The translations under genes and the position numbers were made by a program. The notes beneath the pieces are model-generated. The model searched no databases. It saw only the letters and a program-made list of their open reading frames with translations, and had not been told where the DNA came from. A stretch of DNA of 64,000 nucleotides from an archaeon (lineage in GTDB: Archaea > Nanobdellota > Nanobdellia > Woesearchaeales > UBA9642), in contig JAGVGF010000004.1 in assembly GCA_020057295.1 (NCBI GenBank), forward strand, positions 59,312 through 123,311, in the 5' to 3' direction. Below, one piece after another: positions 40,746 through 49,687 of the stretch; within the stretch, counting starts at the first letter, position 1, and each line of letters begins with the position of its first letter.

Positions 40746-42442
40746 TTCTTGATTAAAGAAACAAAGTATCCGCATGCATATGCACCAATTATTGTTAATA
40801 ACGGTATCTCTGCTCTTTCAATCTCTATAAATTTATTTTCTATCGATACAGCTTCTTGATTAGTATAGTGTTTAGTTATTAATTTTCTTATTAGTTCTAA
40901 TGCTTTATCTGGGGAAACAACTTTAGATTTTCCATTTAACACATATGATTCTTGTAATTCTCTTGCAGATAATTTGAAATCTTTGAAAGAGTTTTCTAAG
41001 TCTTTTTTAAATGTGGAGAAATTTTTATTTGAGAATAGTACTTTATCTAATTTTTTTAAATCTAGGATTGCAACCTTCGCGCTCTTGCCAGAACCGTAAT
41101 GTACTTTAGACTTCCAAACGTATTTTCCTTTAGAAAATTCAGAATCTGTGTTACTAAGTTCTACTCTGAAGCTTTTAATCTTTAAATAAGGTATTGGAAT
41201 TGCAAATCTCGCATCTTTGGCTCGTGGTTTTGGAACTTTAGGACTTCTTTTTATTCCAGTCAAATCAAAAGAAGATTTTATGATTTTTTGAGGAATGTAT
41301 TCTTGAATTTTTGTTCTTTCTGCTTTTGCAATAGCTTCTGCCAAAGCCGAAGATAATTTACAACATACTGCATTTCCGATTAATTTATATTTAGTATTTT
41401 CGTTTGCTCCTTCGAACTGATATGTTATGGGGAAAGACATAAAACATGCGATTTCTCTTATTGTAGGCAATCTATATCCTGTTTGCTTGTTTGATTTAAT
41501 TGCTTCAAAGATTATAGATTCTCTTGTTGATGCTGACATAGTTGCCATAACTGTTCTACTAGGTCTATCTAGATATTCTGGAAAAGACATTTTTCCCATA
41601 AATCCGTGGTCTTCTTTTAACCTTTTTGACCTCATCCATTCATAATCTGCAACGCTAGTATCATAGAAGTGGTCAGTTAAATTTTTTGAATCTAATTCAA
41701 AACCATATACTGGGTCTTTTATTTTTGAAGGATGAGTTATATCTAGTGGATTAGATAATGCTTTTTGAACATTACGCATTGTAATCCAAGATTTTTTATC
41801 TTCGTGACTTTTATATGGTTCAGGATAATTTCCACATACGAATCTTTTTCTAGTTTGTGGCGCACCATACTCTGCAGCATTTAATATTCCTTTAACAGGA
41901 ATTTCTATAGCGATTTTTTTTCCGCCAGGCAATCCCAATTCTTCCCAAGTGTATGAATCTTGAATATATTTCCCTGAATTAGGAACATTTTCCAAAATCC
42001 AATACTTGCATGTGCCTTTTTTTAGCTTTACAGCAATTATTCTTAGATACGCTTTGATAAGTCTTATACCTAAACTTTTATCAGCCTTTCCAGCTTTATT
42101 TGAGCCTGAAAAAGAAACACATGGAGGACTTCCGACAATAATGTCTGTGTCTGGAACAATATTTTCTATCTTTTCTATAGTATCTAACTCTAATATGTCC
42201 ATTAATTCACATTGACAATCAGGATGATTTAAATCATGAGTCTTCTTGGCTGGTGCCCAATTATCTAGAGAGAAAACTACATCAAATCCTTTTTGACGAA
42301 ATCCTTCTGAGAATCCACCAGCACCACAGAAAAAATCTGCTACTGTTAATTTTTTACTCACCATTATACTAGTTATATTGTATCTATTTTTAAAGTTTTC
42401 GATCGATTGTCCAATGATTTTATGATTAAGTATTTTAAACAA
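40742..42442 (-). CDS. dcm: DNA (cytosine-5) methyltransferase
   Basis: Motif I FFCGAGGFSEGF, motif IV GSPPCVSFSGSN (catalytic PC), motif VI WILENVPN. Confidence 0.85.
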   Translation of the reverse strand: MFKILNHKIIGQSIENFKNRYNITSIMVSKKLTVADFFCGAGGFSEGFRQKGFDVVFSLDNWAPAKKTHDLNHPDCQCELMDILELDTIEKIENIVPDTDIIVGSPPCVSFSGSNKAGKADKSLGIRLIKAYLRIIAVKLKKGTCKYWILENVPNSGKYIQDSYTWEELGLPGGKKIAIEIPVKGILNAAEYGAPQTRKRFVCGNYPEPYKSHEDKKSWITMRNVQKALSNPLDITHPSKIKDPVYGFELDSKNLTDHFYDTSVADYEWMRSKRLKEDHGFMGKMSFPEYLDRPSRTVMATMSASTRESIIFEAIKSNKQTGYRLPTIREIACFMSFPITYQFEGANENTKYKLIGNAVCCKLSSALAEAIAKAERTKIQEYIPQKIIKSSFDLTGIKRSPKVPKPRAKDARFAIPIPYLKIKSFRVELSNTDSEFSKGKYVWKSKVHYGSGKSAKVAILDLKKLDKVLFSNKNFSTFKKDLENSFKDFKLSARELQESYVLNGKSKVVSPDKALELIRKLITKHYTNQEAVSIENKFIEIERAEIPLLTIIGAYACGYFVSLIKN

Positions 42443-42511
42443 CAGTTAGTATTAAATGTTGATTGTTTAAGATAAATTTAAATATATGATAACTTACTAA
42501 TTATTGAGAGT

Positions 42512-43723
42512 ATGAAAGAAGTAAAAGAGACACTAAAAAATACTAATTTTAGAATATACAAATATGTATTTGTTATTGATACAAATATATGTTTTAATAA
42601 ACGGTTTAGTTATGATGTCCTTAACAATAGATTGCTCAAGGAATTAATAGAGATTAGAGATGAGTATAATTTACATAATTCTCTTGGAAATATAAGTCTA
42701 AATATCCCTCAAATAGTTAAAGAAGAAAGATTATTTCAAAAAAAGCAAATTTTCAATACCAATAAACCCAATATCGGAAATAGATTGAAAGAACTTAATG
42801 ACCTGGAATTAGTAAATAAATTTGAAGATGTTCTCAAACAATACCCCTCTAAACTAGAGAATAATTTAGAAAAAGAATTACAGAAGGATAAAATATTGAC
42901 TATCCCTTATTGTGATGATAGTTACTTAAAAGAAATAATAAAAAAAGCCGTTGACAAAAAAACGCCCTTTAGAGCAGTAACTATTACAAATAATGAATTA
43001 ATCGGGGAGCAGGGATTTAAAGATTGCGTATTATGGTATTCTATTTTTTCTCATGCAATGAAAATTCCGCGCAAAACTCCTCATATATATGTATTACTAA
43101 CAGCTAATATTAGAGATTTTAATAGCGTTGATAATATTAAAGAATTTGAAGACAAAACAGGGCATAAAATAAGAATAATTAATTATGCTTTGAAAACAAA
43201 TGAATTGAACAAGATGTTTATGGAAGATTTTAAAACATATCAAATACATCATGTAGAAATAAATTATAAATTAAAAGAAAATAATTCTTATGTATCTAGC
43301 GCCAATATATATAGCGATGGATTGATATTTGATGTTTCTTTAGAAAATAAATCATATATTGGAGAAATCTCTCTTCAGAAAGCTGATATTATCAAAGATA
43401 TTGAAGAAGAATTGGGAAGGGAAATATCTTCTGATGTCAGCGTAGAATTTATACTTGATGAGATAGCAGAGATATCTGTTTCTATAGAATACTATAAATG
43501 GTTCTATAGAATATCTAGCATAAATCTATGGTATTCCAATGGTGATGAAGAAGAAGTTGACTATAAATTTTATGATGGGATGGAATGGGTTTTATTAGAA
43601 GATGAAGAGGGAAATTCTAAAAAATTTGAAACAGATGTTTATGAACTTTTAAAAGAAGCAGGATATGATTGCGATGATGTAAATATAAATTATAGTGTCA
43701 CAGAATATACTGAAGATGATTAA
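42512..43723 (+). CDS. Hypothetical protein with an N-terminal PIN-like motif and an acidic C-terminus
   Basis: YVFVIDTNICFN resembles a PIN first strand with Asp. The rest is not recognisable. Confidence 0.35.
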   Translation: MKEVKETLKNTNFRIYKYVFVIDTNICFNKRFSYDVLNNRLLKELIEIRDEYNLHNSLGNISLNIPQIVKEERLFQKKQIFNTNKPNIGNRLKELNDLELVNKFEDVLKQYPSKLENNLEKELQKDKILTIPYCDDSYLKEIIKKAVDKKTPFRAVTITNNELIGEQGFKDCVLWYSIFSHAMKIPRKTPHIYVLLTANIRDFNSVDNIKEFEDKTGHKIRIINYALKTNELNKMFMEDFKTYQIHHVEINYKLKENNSYVSSANIYSDGLIFDVSLENKSYIGEISLQKADIIKDIEEELGREISSDVSVEFILDEIAEISVSIEYYKWFYRISSINLWYSNGDEEEVDYKFYDGMEWVLLEDEEGNSKKFETDVYELLKEAGYDCDDVNINYSVTEYTEDD

Positions 43724-43736
43724 TTTTTTTTTAAAG

Positions 43737-45305
43737 TTACATAAAGAATTTATAATGATTTTGTAATTGGCTACCTTTATCAAGTTCAGATAATACTTCG
43801 CCGACTCTTGAAGAAAATGCTAACGTTATGGGCATATAAATCGAAAATGCAGTCGTATTCCAATTTAATTTTGTTAATCCTAATATTTCATCAGCAACTT
43901 CTTTGATACTTGAATCGCCTATATGAGTAAGTAATAATGGTTGAGGTATGCTGTGACCCGGGTACGTTCTAATGCGAGGTATATATCCTGAAGTGTATAA
44001 TATATGTTGACTATCTGTTAGCGATATTAAAGTTCCTCTTAATACTGGATAAGACCCGGAACGCAAAAATCTAATTCCGAAATTACGTTTAGATAATGTC
44101 ACAAAATCTTTTTGTAAATTACCTATTGCCCTGCTAAAACCTTGTTTTTCTGCATCAGAGAATAATGATTTTTTATGGATAACTACGCGAATAGGATTTC
44201 TTTTAGCTTTCTCAATATATTTTTCAATTACATTCTTTAATAAGTCTTCTGATTGTTTCTCGGTTAAATGTGGTTCTCTTGTTTTTTCATCTATATACAC
44301 TTCTGTGCCTCTCAAGACTAATCCATCACCTGTGTGTGTAAATACTTGCGCCATTGATGTTTGCATGTCGTTATTATAGCTTAATTTATCTTTATAAAAA
44401 GAAATGCCTACATAACAAGTATCATCCCTTAACTTTGCTAACCTCCAAGGTTTACCGTTGGCTTTATAGAATAATGCTGTTGAAAAATTCCATGCAAATG
44501 ATGCGGGTTCTTGTCTAGATGCTCTCATGTCTTTATTATAATTTAATATTGCATCCGCAGTTGATTCCCTAAGAATTTGAATAGGTTTGGCGGATTTATG
44601 AGCCATTAGTTTTCCCTTTAATGCATTTCTAAAATCAAAACCTTTAATTTTTTTCTCTGTTTTAATTTCTGTAACAATACACCAATCGGTTAAAAACTTT
44701 TGATTATTTTTTTGAAAGTCTTGAATCTGTTTTTCTAAATCAGTAAATTTGGCTGTTTTAGCTCCACGAGTATGCTCAGAGATTCCACAATAATCTTCTA
44801 TTTGTTTAGGTAAAGAACAGATAATCACATCTGGTAAAGAATCTTCATCGAGTATGTTATTAATTTTTTTTAAATATATCTCCACAGCTTTTCCTATACG
44901 CTCATTAGTATCTAATATTTTGAGTAAATGGTCAATTTCATCCATCGAGATTATCTGCTCCCATACGTTTGATAGTTCTATAGTGCACTTAAAATTAGTT
45001 TTAGAATTCATTCCAGGAAAATCAGGATATAACCATTTATTACTTTCTCCTGTATGTATTTCTGATTTTAGTTTAGATATTATTTGTTTAGTTTTTTCTA
45101 TGCTATTCTTGTCACCAATAATTCCAATTTTGATATTATCTAAATTTTCAGGTTTAGTGGAGAATTGAAATGGACCAAATTCTCTTAATCCTATCCGAGG
45201 GTCTTTTTCTTCGGAACGTCCTCCAAATATTAATTCTTTTTCCTCTAAAAATAATGTATTAAATGTCATTAATTTCCTCATCAGCATATATTTCATCATC
45301 TGCAA
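43737..45305 (-). CDS. Short prokaryotic Argonaute (MID-PIWI only), predicted catalytically inactive
   Basis: PIWI hallmarks ANGKPWRLAKLRDDTCYVGISFYKD (G-x-PW plus a GIDV-like strand with Ser in place of the catalytic Asp) and a C-terminal SIYMPITLAFSSRVGEVL (the P-x-YYA...R-x-R analogue). About 520 aa, too short for N/PAZ domains. Confidence 0.7.
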   Translation of the reverse strand: MQMMKYMLMRKLMTFNTLFLEEKELIFGGRSEEKDPRIGLREFGPFQFSTKPENLDNIKIGIIGDKNSIEKTKQIISKLKSEIHTGESNKWLYPDFPGMNSKTNFKCTIELSNVWEQIISMDEIDHLLKILDTNERIGKAVEIYLKKINNILDEDSLPDVIICSLPKQIEDYCGISEHTRGAKTAKFTDLEKQIQDFQKNNQKFLTDWCIVTEIKTEKKIKGFDFRNALKGKLMAHKSAKPIQILRESTADAILNYNKDMRASRQEPASFAWNFSTALFYKANGKPWRLAKLRDDTCYVGISFYKDKLSYNNDMQTSMAQVFTHTGDGLVLRGTEVYIDEKTREPHLTEKQSEDLLKNVIEKYIEKAKRNPIRVVIHKKSLFSDAEKQGFSRAIGNLQKDFVTLSKRNFGIRFLRSGSYPVLRGTLISLTDSQHILYTSGYIPRIRTYPGHSIPQPLLLTHIGDSSIKEVADEILGLTKLNWNTTAFSIYMPITLAFSSRVGEVLSELDKGSQLQNHYKFFM

Positions 45306-46779
45306 TATCTAATGTAAATTCACTAGAAGGCATATCAAATAATATTCCTGCATTAATTTTTATTTCTACAGGTTTAGAACATATTGTCATATAATCAGTT
45401 AATAATATGTCTTTGCTAGTTCCTAATTGATATATCCAGAATAATACTGTATTAAGATAAATACTGTTATATTTACTATATGATAATCTGGTAATTATGG
45501 TTCCAATAGTAAAATTAGATATTGGGTTTCTCCCATTTTCAGTTATTACAAAAGTAGGGAGAATTCGGATATAAAATCTATCTCTTAGGTGTAATACATT
45601 CACTGAAAAAGCTATATGCCAGTATATCGATTTCTTTATTTGTTCTGCATACATTTTGGCTGCCACTGTCTTATTAGATTTACGATATCTACTTTGCCAA
45701 ACTTCTTTTCTAGATTCAGATTCTGAAGGATAGAAGAAATTATCTTTGTCTTGATTATGCCATAATCCTCGCGATATAATAAAATGTTTTATTTCTCTAT
45801 TAAGAAGCTCGATTATTTGTGGGTGTTTATCTGCGTTTGTAATCCATTGTTGTAACGAAGTCTTACATATAGTTTTTGTATCGACTAATTGTCTATATGG
45901 ATTATCATTATCTTGTAAATTTTCAAAAGTAATCAATTTTTTATTCCAAAATTTAAATTTGTAATAGAATTCCGGAAAAATTTTGTTTTGTTTTAATAAT
46001 GTTTTAATAGATACATTGTCATAATTTAGACTGTCTGCTTCATAAACATATTTAGGTACAGATGTTATTTCAAATAAATTTGAGTACAGCGTTTCTTCTA
46101 CCATGTCAGGTTCTCCACCCAGCAAAGAAAGTCGGTAATTTTCATTTCTTATGCGCTTATTAATTAAGGTAAGTTCATAGGCGCCCGGAACTACATTTTG
46201 CGTGCCTCTGCGATAAAATATGTCTCCTATCTTGAAGACTACATGTTCTTTTCCATCAATAGTATATTTGCCTTCTTTTTTAGGGCTAAGTAATGTGTGT
46301 GATGGAGGGATATATATTAATGCAAAACGTTTAGATATAGAATTTATTTTTTCTAGAACCTTTGCATCTGTGGTGGAATAATTTCCTTGAAAATTATTTT
46401 CAAATTCAACATATCCTATCTCCATATCGCTGTTACTATATGAATTAAATTTACTTTGTAAATCGGCTTGGTCAACTGAATATTCTTCAGGTAATCCCAC
46501 TGGCACGAATTGATTTTTTTTATATTCTTCCCAACCTATTAACATCCAACCGCCACCGTAATTTGAAAATGCAAACATGTCCTTCGCTAAATTAGGGAAG
46601 GTAGAATTTTTATCAATACTAATTATTTTTTTAAAGTCCAAAAAGGGTGATTCTTTTTTCTGAGAACACAAATAGCTGATTATATTAGGACCTAGAGGAT
46701 TCTCTTCTAAACCATTAAGTACAATTCCCCCGATAATTTTCTTTGTATTCATACAGTCTCCTAAGACAAGTATCTTCAA
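45259..46779 (-). CDS. pAgo-associated partner with an N-terminal AlbA_2/Schlafen-type domain and an uncharacterised C-terminal half (candidate APAZ-like)
   Basis: KKESPFLDFKKII...FAFSNYGGGWMLIGWEE...VPVGL matches the AlbA_2 (Schlafen N-domain) E-x-x-x-EFK ... AFaN-GGG-l-iGv pattern. The gene is directly upstream of the short pAgo and overlaps it by about 10-45 nt. Confidence 0.5.
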   Translation of the reverse strand: MKILVLGDCMNTKKIIGGIVLNGLEENPLGPNIISYLCSQKKESPFLDFKKIISIDKNSTFPNLAKDMFAFSNYGGGWMLIGWEEYKKNQFVPVGLPEEYSVDQADLQSKFNSYSNSDMEIGYVEFENNFQGNYSTTDAKVLEKINSISKRFALIYIPPSHTLLSPKKEGKYTIDGKEHVVFKIGDIFYRRGTQNVVPGAYELTLINKRIRNENYRLSLLGGEPDMVEETLYSNLFEITSVPKYVYEADSLNYDNVSIKTLLKQNKIFPEFYYKFKFWNKKLITFENLQDNDNPYRQLVDTKTICKTSLQQWITNADKHPQIIELLNREIKHFIISRGLWHNQDKDNFFYPSESESRKEVWQSRYRKSNKTVAAKMYAEQIKKSIYWHIAFSVNVLHLRDRFYIRILPTFVITENGRNPISNFTIGTIITRLSYSKYNSIYLNTVLFWIYQLGTSKDILLTDYMTICSKPVEIKINAGILFDMPSSEFTLDIADDEIYADEEINDI

Positions 46780-47014
46780 TAGATAACATGCGAACTCGTT
46801 ACTTGTATGCAGATAAACGTATCTGTATTGATAGGGTATTATTTATTGTTTATAAAGGAAGTGATTTTTCTATTATATGGTCTATTCCTATTTTAAATCA
46901 GAACATGTGGCGTATATGTGTATCGATTAATTTTCAGAGCTACAATTATATTCAAATTGATAAATTATACTGCCTATAAAATTTAATATTATGTTATGTA
47001 GAAATGTTATATAC

Positions 47015-47055
47015 CTAATGTACGTTACAGCTAATGTAGCTAAACAGCTAATGTA
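47015..47055 (+). promoter_or_regulatory. Three direct repeats of CTAATGTA (two as CAGCTAATGTA, 17-nt spacing) in the AT-rich intergenic region of the element
   Basis: Copies at 47015-47022, 47028-47038 and 47045-47055, upstream of the minus-strand HTH gene cluster. Candidate operator or iteron. Confidence 0.35.
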
Positions 47056-47128
47056 ACTATAAAGCGTAGCTTTATTAGCCTAATTATTTATTTTTGTTCT
47101 TGATTTATGCCTAATCTAATATCTTAAA

Positions 47129-47163
47129 CACACATACATACCTGTGTGCGATATGTATGTGTG
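47129..47163. repeat. Inverted repeat CACACATACATA-(11 nt)-TATGTATGTGTG
   Basis: Perfect 12-bp arms read from the sequence, in the same intergenic region. Confidence 0.5.
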
Positions 47164-47349
47164 CGTGGCGGGGTGTTTTCTGATTAACTATAAGTTGCAC
47201 TTTTTTATTTTTGAACTGTTAATTTTTTTGTTAAGTATTAATACTAGCACTCTCTAAAAAAATATTTTTATATCTAAAGTTATTAACTATTATTATTAAT
47301 AGATATTTATTATAATTATTTATTATACGTATGCAACAACACTTTATAT

Positions 47350-47871
47350 TTAGTTTCTAGTCAATTTTCCATTAATTATCCGCTCCTTACTCACTAATTT
47401 GTTCTCTTCATATATTACAAATCCTTTATTTTGTGATATAAAATACTCCGCAATAATTCTTGCAGTGTTGATTGGTACGTCAAGAGAAATCATTATTTCG
47501 TTAAATGTTAGTATAAGATTTTTATCTAATGATTTTTTAATTCGTATCATTTGGTCATTGATGACTTTTGATTCGTTATATATTATTATTGTAGGTCTTT
47601 GTGTTTCTTTGTTTCCTCCAATATAACTAAATCCGGGATGTTCTGAAACTTTTTTCATCATATCTATCGCCCAAGTTCTTGAAACGCCTAGAAACGTCAT
47701 TACCTCTCCAGTATTCATTCTTCCCCTATTTTGCATCTCCTCTATTAGTCTATTTTTTTTGTTACTTATTCTTTGTTTTACAACAAATTTTAGTAACTCT
47801 AATATTGCATCTAATTTTTCATCCGTATTGTTAGATGGTGTTTTTATTTTAGTATTTTCATTTTCACTCAT
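47350..47871 (-). CDS. Hypothetical HTH (winged-helix-like) protein, element-encoded
   Basis: EVMTFLGVSRTWAIDMMKKV helix-turn-helix-like segment. Weak. Confidence 0.35.
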   Translation of the reverse strand: MSENENTKIKTPSNNTDEKLDAILELLKFVVKQRISNKKNRLIEEMQNRGRMNTGEVMTFLGVSRTWAIDMMKKVSEHPGFSYIGGNKETQRPTIIIYNESKVINDQMIRIKKSLDKNLILTFNEIMISLDVPINTARIIAEYFISQNKGFVIYEENKLVSKERIINGKLTRN

Positions 47872-48174
47872 TTAAATCACCTGGTCTGTTTTATTTGTTC
47901 GTAGCAACGCTTCTTTAGCGTCTTATTGCGACTTTTTATTCTGTTTGATAGTTTTCCATCTTCTTTTGAAAAATCTGTTTCTACAGCAAGGATTGCAGAA
48001 TTTTGCATCTTTACGCTTTCCCGAGAGTGGTCTTTGACACTCCGAGCATTTTGAGCTATTCATGGGATAATAGTTCTGATTCAAAATGCTCTAGAGTGAT
48101 TAGCAGTATTTCTTGTCTATCTTCAGGATAATTTTCTTTTATGTACTGAATTATTTGTTGTTTAAGTTCTTGGT

Positions 48175-48318
48175 TCATTTTTCCTCCTGCTTTAATTTAA
48201 GCAAAGTTATTGCATGTCCTATTGCTTGACTCAGGCTTTTGCAATTATTATCTAGTTTGTATTGCCATAGCAATTTTTTATCTTCAGATGTTATTCGTAT
48301 TGTTTCTTTAGGTGTCAT
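48175..48318 (-). CDS. 47-aa ribbon-helix-helix (CopG/Arc-like) small protein, not in the ORF track
   Basis: Manual translation gives MTPKETIRITSEDKKLLWQYKLDNNCKSLSQAIGHAITLLKLKQEEK, a beta strand followed by two helices. Its stop overlaps the ATG (ATGA) of a 40-aa ORF at 48056-48178. Confidence 0.3.
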   Translation of the reverse strand: MTPKETIRITSEDKKLLWQYKLDNNCKSLSQAIGHAITLLKLKQEEK

Positions 48319-48473
48319 GTACGACTAATGTGCAGTTGTTAATATAAATATTATACACAAATTTGGTACTATTTTAGATACTTCAGAATTATAAAGACGA
48401 AGAATATTTTTAAAACAGATATTAGTTTGGTATTGATAACATTTATAAGTATGTATGCTTTCTCACTTAGTTA

Positions 48474-49472
48474 ATGAAACAAAATCATATTGAGTATGCA
48501 AAAAAACTACATTTAGCCGCATTACTACCGCGTGCATTTTATTTGCATAGAAAAAAAATTGCATGGGACGTATTACAAATACTTTCAGTTGAGAAAAAAT
48601 TAGATATGACTCAAATAAAAACGTATTTCCTATTTCTTTCAGTTTATTTTAACGAATCAAATCAAGTCAATAAACGAAAAAAATTTTATAGTATTAACGG
48701 TGTATATCCTTTAATATGTGCTTTGAGCAAATCGTATAAAAAAAATAAAATCTTCTTATCAACTAACAGAACTGAATTACTTAAAAATTTAAATGCTCTT
48801 AAAAAAACAGGATTAATCGCCAAGAAATCTTTTAAGAGAGAACTTGAGATATATCCTACCTTATTTTCAAATGTAAAATATTCGAAAAAAACAAAGAAAA
48901 AAACATTGAACAAAAAAACAATACAGCCAATCGGAGAGTACGCAAATTTTTGGAGTATCCACTACTTAGGCGATGACCCTGATAACAAATGGATATTAAA
49001 ACCTAATGAACCTAAATGTTTTCCATTAGAATTAACTAGACCTGAAGAACCAAGAAACATTTTCCCCGTCACTTTATGTGCAGTCAAAGACATACTAGAA
49101 GATTTCTTCCTTAACACTAATAAATCATTCGAGAGCCAGGTTATGACTAAACACTGCGATGTGTTTTATAAAATGATATTCAAAGAAAACATTTCATCTC
49201 ATGACATGATAGATATTCTACAAAAATATTTATGGGATGAATCCGGACTACCTACAAAAAACTTTTTATTCACAGTTTCTGAGAAAGATATAGAACTACA
49301 TTTAAAAAAATTAAAAAAATTTAACAATAAGTATATAGATATAAAACCCGAAGCTTTAAAAAATCAAGAGTATGACTTAGATTTATCAGAGAGGTTAAAA
49401 GAGCAAATCAACATATGGTATAATTTGGAGGGCAAAAATGAAAAAAACAATAAAAGAAAATCAGCCCAATAA
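48474..49472 (+). CDS. Hypothetical basic protein, last gene before attR
   Basis: ORF only, K-rich. Confidence 0.35.
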   Translation: MKQNHIEYAKKLHLAALLPRAFYLHRKKIAWDVLQILSVEKKLDMTQIKTYFLFLSVYFNESNQVNKRKKFYSINGVYPLICALSKSYKKNKIFLSTNRTELLKNLNALKKTGLIAKKSFKRELEIYPTLFSNVKYSKKTKKKTLNKKTIQPIGEYANFWSIHYLGDDPDNKWILKPNEPKCFPLELTRPEEPRNIFPVTLCAVKDILEDFFLNTNKSFESQVMTKHCDVFYKMIFKENISSHDMIDILQKYLWDESGLPTKNFLFTVSEKDIELHLKKLKKFNNKYIDIKPEALKNQEYDLDLSERLKEQINIWYNLEGKNEKNNKRKSAQ

Positions 49473-49493
49473 ATTCACGACAGCTTCTCCGCT

Positions 49494-49507
49494 TCTGGGC
49501 GGGGCTA
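49494..49507 (+). repeat. attR: 14-bp direct repeat of the tRNA-Gln 3' end (TCTGGGCGGGGCTA)
   Basis: Exact match to 38070-38083. Confidence 0.7.
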
Positions 49508-49687
49508 CTTTTCTAATAATTTTTTAATGATATACATTTAATATATGTTCTTCTGATAAACTTTATAAATGAACTTTTATTCCTTATATTATCGCGATAG
49601 GTAGTTCCGTGAAAGCGTGACTATGCTGGAAGCAAATAGTTTCTAGGTTCTATCGTTAATATTTCAAATAACTAGCGAGGTAATTTT

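Larger units (their letters stand above)
38070..49507 (+). mobile_element. About 11.4-kb integrative element in the tRNA-Gln 3' end, flanked by 14-bp direct repeats. It carries the integrase, a Sau3AI-like restriction-modification system, a PIN-like protein, a short pAgo two-gene module, an HTH gene and small ORFs.
   Basis: attL TCTGGGCGGGGCTA at 38070-38083 inside the tRNA and an identical attR at 49494-49507. A tyrosine integrase sits immediately next to the tRNA, and core genes (S15 onward) resume after attR. Confidence 0.65.

Noticed and set aside
46743-46979. 78-aa ORF downstream of the pAgo partner gene
   Set aside because: It lies in an AT-rich intergenic region with repeats, has no motif and is likely non-coding.
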